A stretch of 63,887 nucleotides of DNA, counting the filler, from Octopus bimaculoides (Eukaryota), in NCBI RefSeq assembly GCF_001194135.2. It is 5 parts of 4 records of this genome, joined end to end, with 100 filler letters (N's around TTAATTAATTAA, not from the genome) between each part and the next. Parts side by side here need not be neighbours in the genome. Positions count along the whole stretch, not along the records: positions 55,294 to 62,630 come from NC_068983.1; positions 62,731 to 63,887 come from NW_026295196.1; 3 more parts are not named here. The stretch is one strand, 5' to 3'. Under the pieces are notes generated by a model, which worked only from the letters and a program-made list of their open reading frames with translations, was not told the DNA's origin and did not search any database. This document shows positions 59,692 to 63,887 of this stretch, one piece after another; positions within the stretch are counted from its first letter, which is position 1, and each line of letters opens with the position of its first letter. Made by a program: the position numbers and the translations under genes.

Positions 59692-60499
59692 AAGTAAATT
59701 ACGACAGGCTGAAATGATCAAGCATTGAATGATTTAATAATGTAATTGAAATGAATATTAGAAAATTTGATTGGTTGACAGAATTATAAATATTTAAATC
59801 TGATTGGATGGCAGGCTTATAAATATTTAAATAAACTTTTCTGATAGATTTCAGCATTAAATAATTTGAAATTTTCATACAAAATTTTAGATGATAAAAA
59901 TGAAGAAATTCTGAATTGTTGATAAGACCTGTTAATTGTATTATTTTCATATTTTCATTCAATTGAATATTTTAGAATGATTTTTAAGGAATTATTATGG
60001 AAATTATATTGGAAAGTGCTGGTACCACGTAAAAAATATCGGTTTTGGTGCTATGTAAAAAGCACTGGGACCGGTTCCATGTACAAAAAACACCCAATAC
60101 ACTCTGTAAATGGTAGGCATTAGGAAGGGTTTCATCTGTAGAAACTAAACTAAAACAGAGCATGGACTAAAAGGGGGCATCACATTATCCAAATGTGATG
60201 CTCCCATTTGAAGCTGGCAGGATGTTGTAATTTGAGGGAGATTTAGCTGCTCTTTTAGCCAATTTAGAAACAACACAGAGGCTTCTCTGTTTGCTGCATT
60301 GACAAGGTATGTCTGATTTAAGCTGACAAGATTCCCAGCATTTGGCCAGCGGTAGCCTGCATGAGCTTCAAATTGCACAAGACTTTTATTGATAACACTA
60401 TAATCCACAAGAAGAATATAAAAGACATAATTATTATTTGAGAAATCCCTTCAGCAAATAAAAGACCAATACGATACTTGTCAGTTCTTACTTGTACAG

Positions 60500-60564
60500 A
60501 AGCAGCAGTGGCAGCAGTGGCAGCAGCAGCAGTAGCAATATTTGTATATCTAAGAACACCATGA
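60500..60564 (+). CDS. Candidate terminal exon encoding a hydrophobic tail anchor (unverified)
   Basis: TTCTTACTTGTACAG| acceptor. The phase-1 frame reads AAVAAVAAAAVAIFVYLRTP*. An alternative Ser-rich frame to a donor at 60606 is also open. Confidence 0.3.
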
Positions 60565-60961
60565 TATTAAACAAAAATCAATACCTACATAGAAGCACTC
60601 ATGTAGGTAAAGTAAAGATAATAAAAAAAAATTAAAAAAACAATTCCAGGCTTATCAATTTAATTTTAACATTTTTCCCCATTTAATCTTTGGAAAAATC
60701 TTTGAAATATTTCATGGTGTTAGAAATATAGATCTGTTTTGTTAAGATAGAAAGCTATACTTCTGTGTGTGAATGTACATAAATTTTCATATATATATAA
60801 GTACTTGNNNNNNNNNNATATATTGTCATCATCATCGTTTAACATCCACCTAGCACGCTGGCATGATATATATACACACATACACATACACACAGCAATG
60901 ACCTAGTTCTTAGAGCTGAATGTGGCAAAATATAAAAGAAAAAAATAAAGAAATGGAGAAG

Positions 60962-61329
60962 TAACCCTATTTTAAAATTATATTTCTATTGAAAGACACT
61001 GTCTTTGTTTCCATTAATTTTGGAAATTATTAAGAATTTAATAAAATAACTGAGGTTTGGAAAATAAATTGGAAACGGACTTTCAATAGAGGGTTTTAGT
61101 TTAACCCATTTGGTACCATATTTCTAATGAAATCCACTGCCTTTGTTTCAATTAATTTTGAAAATAATGAATTTAATAAAATAACTCCATCATTGTGAAT
61201 CTGGGATTTGGAATTAATTAAATTAAAGTGGAATTTTGATGAAAGGTTTTAATTAAGACCACTTTAAAACAGGAAGCTTGCATAGGAAAACTGAGAGTGG
61301 TTTCAAGTAAATTGATATTAAAAGCTTAA
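60962..61329. repeat. Two tandem diverged copies of an AT-rich repeat; the second (61101-61329) is bounded by TTAA, MITE-like
   Basis: Both share CTTTGTTTCMATTAATTTTGRAAAT...AATTTAATAAAATAACT. TTAA occurs at 61101 and 61326. Confidence 0.45.
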
Positions 61330-62217
61330 GATTATCATTCTCAAAAGACTAAATTTTTTAGTTTGCCAGAAAGATGACAGGAATTGCTACCAATTCTCAA
61401 GAAATCATGTTTATGTGGTGTACCTTGTGTAAACCATGGTACCCAAGATATCTAAGTAAGTTCTCAAGAAATTTTGCTAAGAAGGATTTTCAATGAAGTA
61501 GCATTAGGAAAAGTTTGCAGAAAGAGGTTGGGTGATACCAATTCTTACAAATGCTTAGAAGATTCCATAAAATTGTTGATAGATTCCATTACCTTAGATG
61601 ACCTAATTAACAGAAGATGGGTAGTTTTGGAGAGGATAGTGGCCAGAGTAACAATGTTTCTCTTGCGACAAAGGGATTCTCTGTCTCAATGAATGGTAGA
61701 ATGTGCCATGTTTGTGCATGAGGTTGTTACAATAAAGAATACTGAAATCTTTTTGAGATTTTTAATTTAAAAAATGTTTATTCTTATCGTAAACAAAAAT
61801 ATTGTTGTTACTACCAATGAAAAAACCCCAAATAGTTTGGGCAAGGTATAAAAGTAGCTATTTTCATGAGTTTCTTAACATTAGCTGGTCATGGTGTGTT
61901 GCTGCTGCTGCTGTCTATTGTTCTTATGCTGTGACAGTGCTCTGACTTTCTGCTAGTTTTGCTGCTGTCTGCTGGCTGCCATGAGATGTGTCTGGTCTGG
62001 TCTGCCATCTGATTCTCAGTAGCAGCTAAAATACACTGAATATACAAAGGTGGTCTAGGAAAATAAGCATGCCAAAGATGAAATCTTTGTTAGATCCGAT
62101 CCAACAAGTTTTAAAGGGTCAGAATTTTGTATTGCCTTGGTAATATTTTGGCAAATCATGATTGCATTCTTGAGGGGATTTTTGCTACAGATATAGGGAT
62201 CTGGGGGCGAGCTGAAA

Positions 62218-62438
62218 GGTGGGGAGCTGGCAGAATTGTTAGCATGCCAGGCGACATGCTTAGTGGTATATCGTCTGCCGTTACATTCTGAGTTCAAATT
62301 CTGCTGAGGTCAACTTTGCCTTTCATCCTTTCGGGGTCGATTAAATAAGTACCAGTTATGCACTGGGGTCGATGTAATCAACTTAATCCCCTTGTTTGTC
62401 CCTTCAATGTTTAGCCCCTTGTGGGCAATAAAGAAATA
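62218..62438 (+). mobile_element. SINE family B, full length
   Basis: Head through the TTGTGGGCAATAAAGAAAT tail. Confidence 0.85.
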
Positions 62439-62499
62439 GATATAGTGATCTGGGTTCAATCACTAAATATTCCTGATACAAGGCATCGAGACGTGAATA

Positions 62500-62630
62500 G
62501 TAAATGAAAATTAGGGGCAAAGAGAACATGCTCTGTTGGATACGTAATGGACATTTGAGCACGAAGGAGTTGATGGCAAAACTGGGGGTTAGAACAATTG
62601 GATGTAGAGCGGAGGAGAAATGCGCTTGGG
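62500..62630 (+). mobile_element. Degenerate RTE-like LINE fragment
   Basis: MLCWI...STKELMAKLGVRTI resembles MLRWMC...LREKLNIRSI of the 55294 element. Confidence 0.45.
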
Positions 62631-62730
62631 NNNNNNNNNNNNNNNNNNNNNNNNNNNNNNNNNNNNNNNNNNNNTTAATTAATTAANNNNNNNNNNNNNN
62701 NNNNNNNNNNNNNNNNNNNNNNNNNNNNNN
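62631..62730. other. Artificial scaffold linker
   Basis: 44N-TTAATTAATTAA-44N. Confidence 0.97.
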
Positions 62731-63887
62731 CTTTAAACAACAGCGGAGCCCCATCAGGAAGTGGTTTCTATAGATATGAATATTATAAGATCTGTTAATA
62801 TCTTTGTTTCTGCTAACCTCTAACTTCTCATCTAAACCTAATCTTTTAACCTCTTAATGACAATATATGTATCATGTATTGGCCTCCAGGTGTGCATTTG
62901 CAAGCTTACAAGGACTTGGAATCAGTGGTGATANNNNNNNNNNNNNNNNNNNNNNNNNNNNNNNNNNNNNNNNNNNNNNNNNNNNNNNNNNNNNNNNNNN
63001 NNNNNNNNNNNNNNNNNNNNNNNNNNNNNNNNNNNNNNNNNNNNNNNNNNNNNNTGTAATATCACCCTTAGACTAACTCACAATTATTACGATATATACA
63101 TGTGGAGATGTAAGGTACTGGGCAACTGAATAGTTTAATACTGTTCAAATTCCAATACTGCCAATGTGTTGTATCCCCTGATCAGAGCAATCTTAACTTT
63201 TCTTGCTTCAATATGTCTCACCGAATACATAAAGAACCATGACCTTTGGCCTAAGTCCTTCTTCAGTGGTTTTTGGCAGCAAAAGCTTCTAGCTATGAAA
63301 GCAATTAATCCAACAATGGAAATACACTCATACACACACAGATACGATAGGTTGTCCACCAAGTTTGAAGAGGACCTATTCTGGCAGAGAAATATTTGCA
63401 CAGACTGCACGCTAATGTTTATTTACACCAGAATTGTTAGAATATAATTTGTGAGCTGCTCTTTTGGCCTCTGCTATACAGATATGTGAAGATTCAAATG
63501 CTTTGGAACCGTTGTCACTAGTTTCCTTCCAAGCACACAACTGGACTTGCTTGAACTTGGCAAATGAACTGGATGCATTAGCACATCTGAGAACCTCTAA
63601 TATTAGGAATCTTCCTTTGGTAAGACATGTGGAAATGGTTGAGCCTTATTAGAATTAGATCAATACATTGTCCAAGATTTAGCACCATAAAAGTGAGATG
63701 GAAGGATGATAGCATTGTTTTATTTTAGTACCAATATCAATATCTGGGCTGTCCCACATTCTATGCTGCAGTTTTTATGAAATAGCTTTTTCCTTGCCAT
63801 TGTCTACATTTTTTCAGCTCAGTCCCCTTTAGTTTTATTCTAGGAAATGCCTTTCTAAGCTTGTCTTAGGACAAGTTGGTGTAGGAT

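Noticed and set aside
60268-60309. 39-nt candidate exon ending ACAAG|GTATGT
   Set aside because: Its acceptor comes from a dispersed repeat remnant, and the phase-1 frame needed to follow the 309-nt exon hits a stop.
61474-61692. 72-aa ORF
   Set aside because: Non-ATG start, no domain and no splice signals.
63135-63652. Overlapping ORFs of 62-93 aa and a hammerhead-like CTGAAGAAGG on the minus strand near 63265
   Set aside because: No identifiable family, with at most a weak resemblance to a decayed LINE frame. The ribozyme-like motif lacks G12.
1-63887. CRISPR arrays, rRNA, operons or other prokaryotic systems
   Set aside because: The sequence is eukaryotic and no repeat-spacer periodicity or rRNA-like segment was seen.

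Overview
This window is AT-rich, repeat-dense animal genomic DNA, most consistent with a coleoid cephalopod such as Octopus (inferred from the SINE families and microsatellite load). It is five assembly pieces joined by artificial 100-nt linkers (44 N + TTAATTAATTAA + 44 N) at 23640, 41817, 55194 and 62631, with many further N gaps beside microsatellites. The one securely identified host gene is an inositol 1,4,5-trisphosphate receptor (ITPR): its first conserved coding exon is at 11531-11613 (+), it may carry a spliced 17-aa N-terminal extension, and I could not find exon 2 in the window. There is also an orphan 309-nt exon at 56605-56913 and a few weaker exon candidates. The rest is mostly mobile DNA: a full-length dead mariner, Tc1/mariner, piggyBac-like and Helitron-like remnants, CR1-like, RTE-like and R4/Dong-like LINE fragments, at least five tRNA-derived SINE families (the labels A-E are mine) and several Penelope-like element (PLE) fragments. 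The most interesting signal is a set of minimal type-I hammerhead ribozyme motifs from at least four PLE-derived families. They sit in large inverted repeats, in (TA)n targets, and in one case downstream of an internal tRNA-like Pol III promoter. Also notable are repeated SINE insertion into identical target sites, a twin-priming-like CR1 inversion and two templated insertions. I found no rRNA, bona fide tRNA or CRISPR array. Most ORFs in the supplied track are microsatellite or N-gap artefacts.
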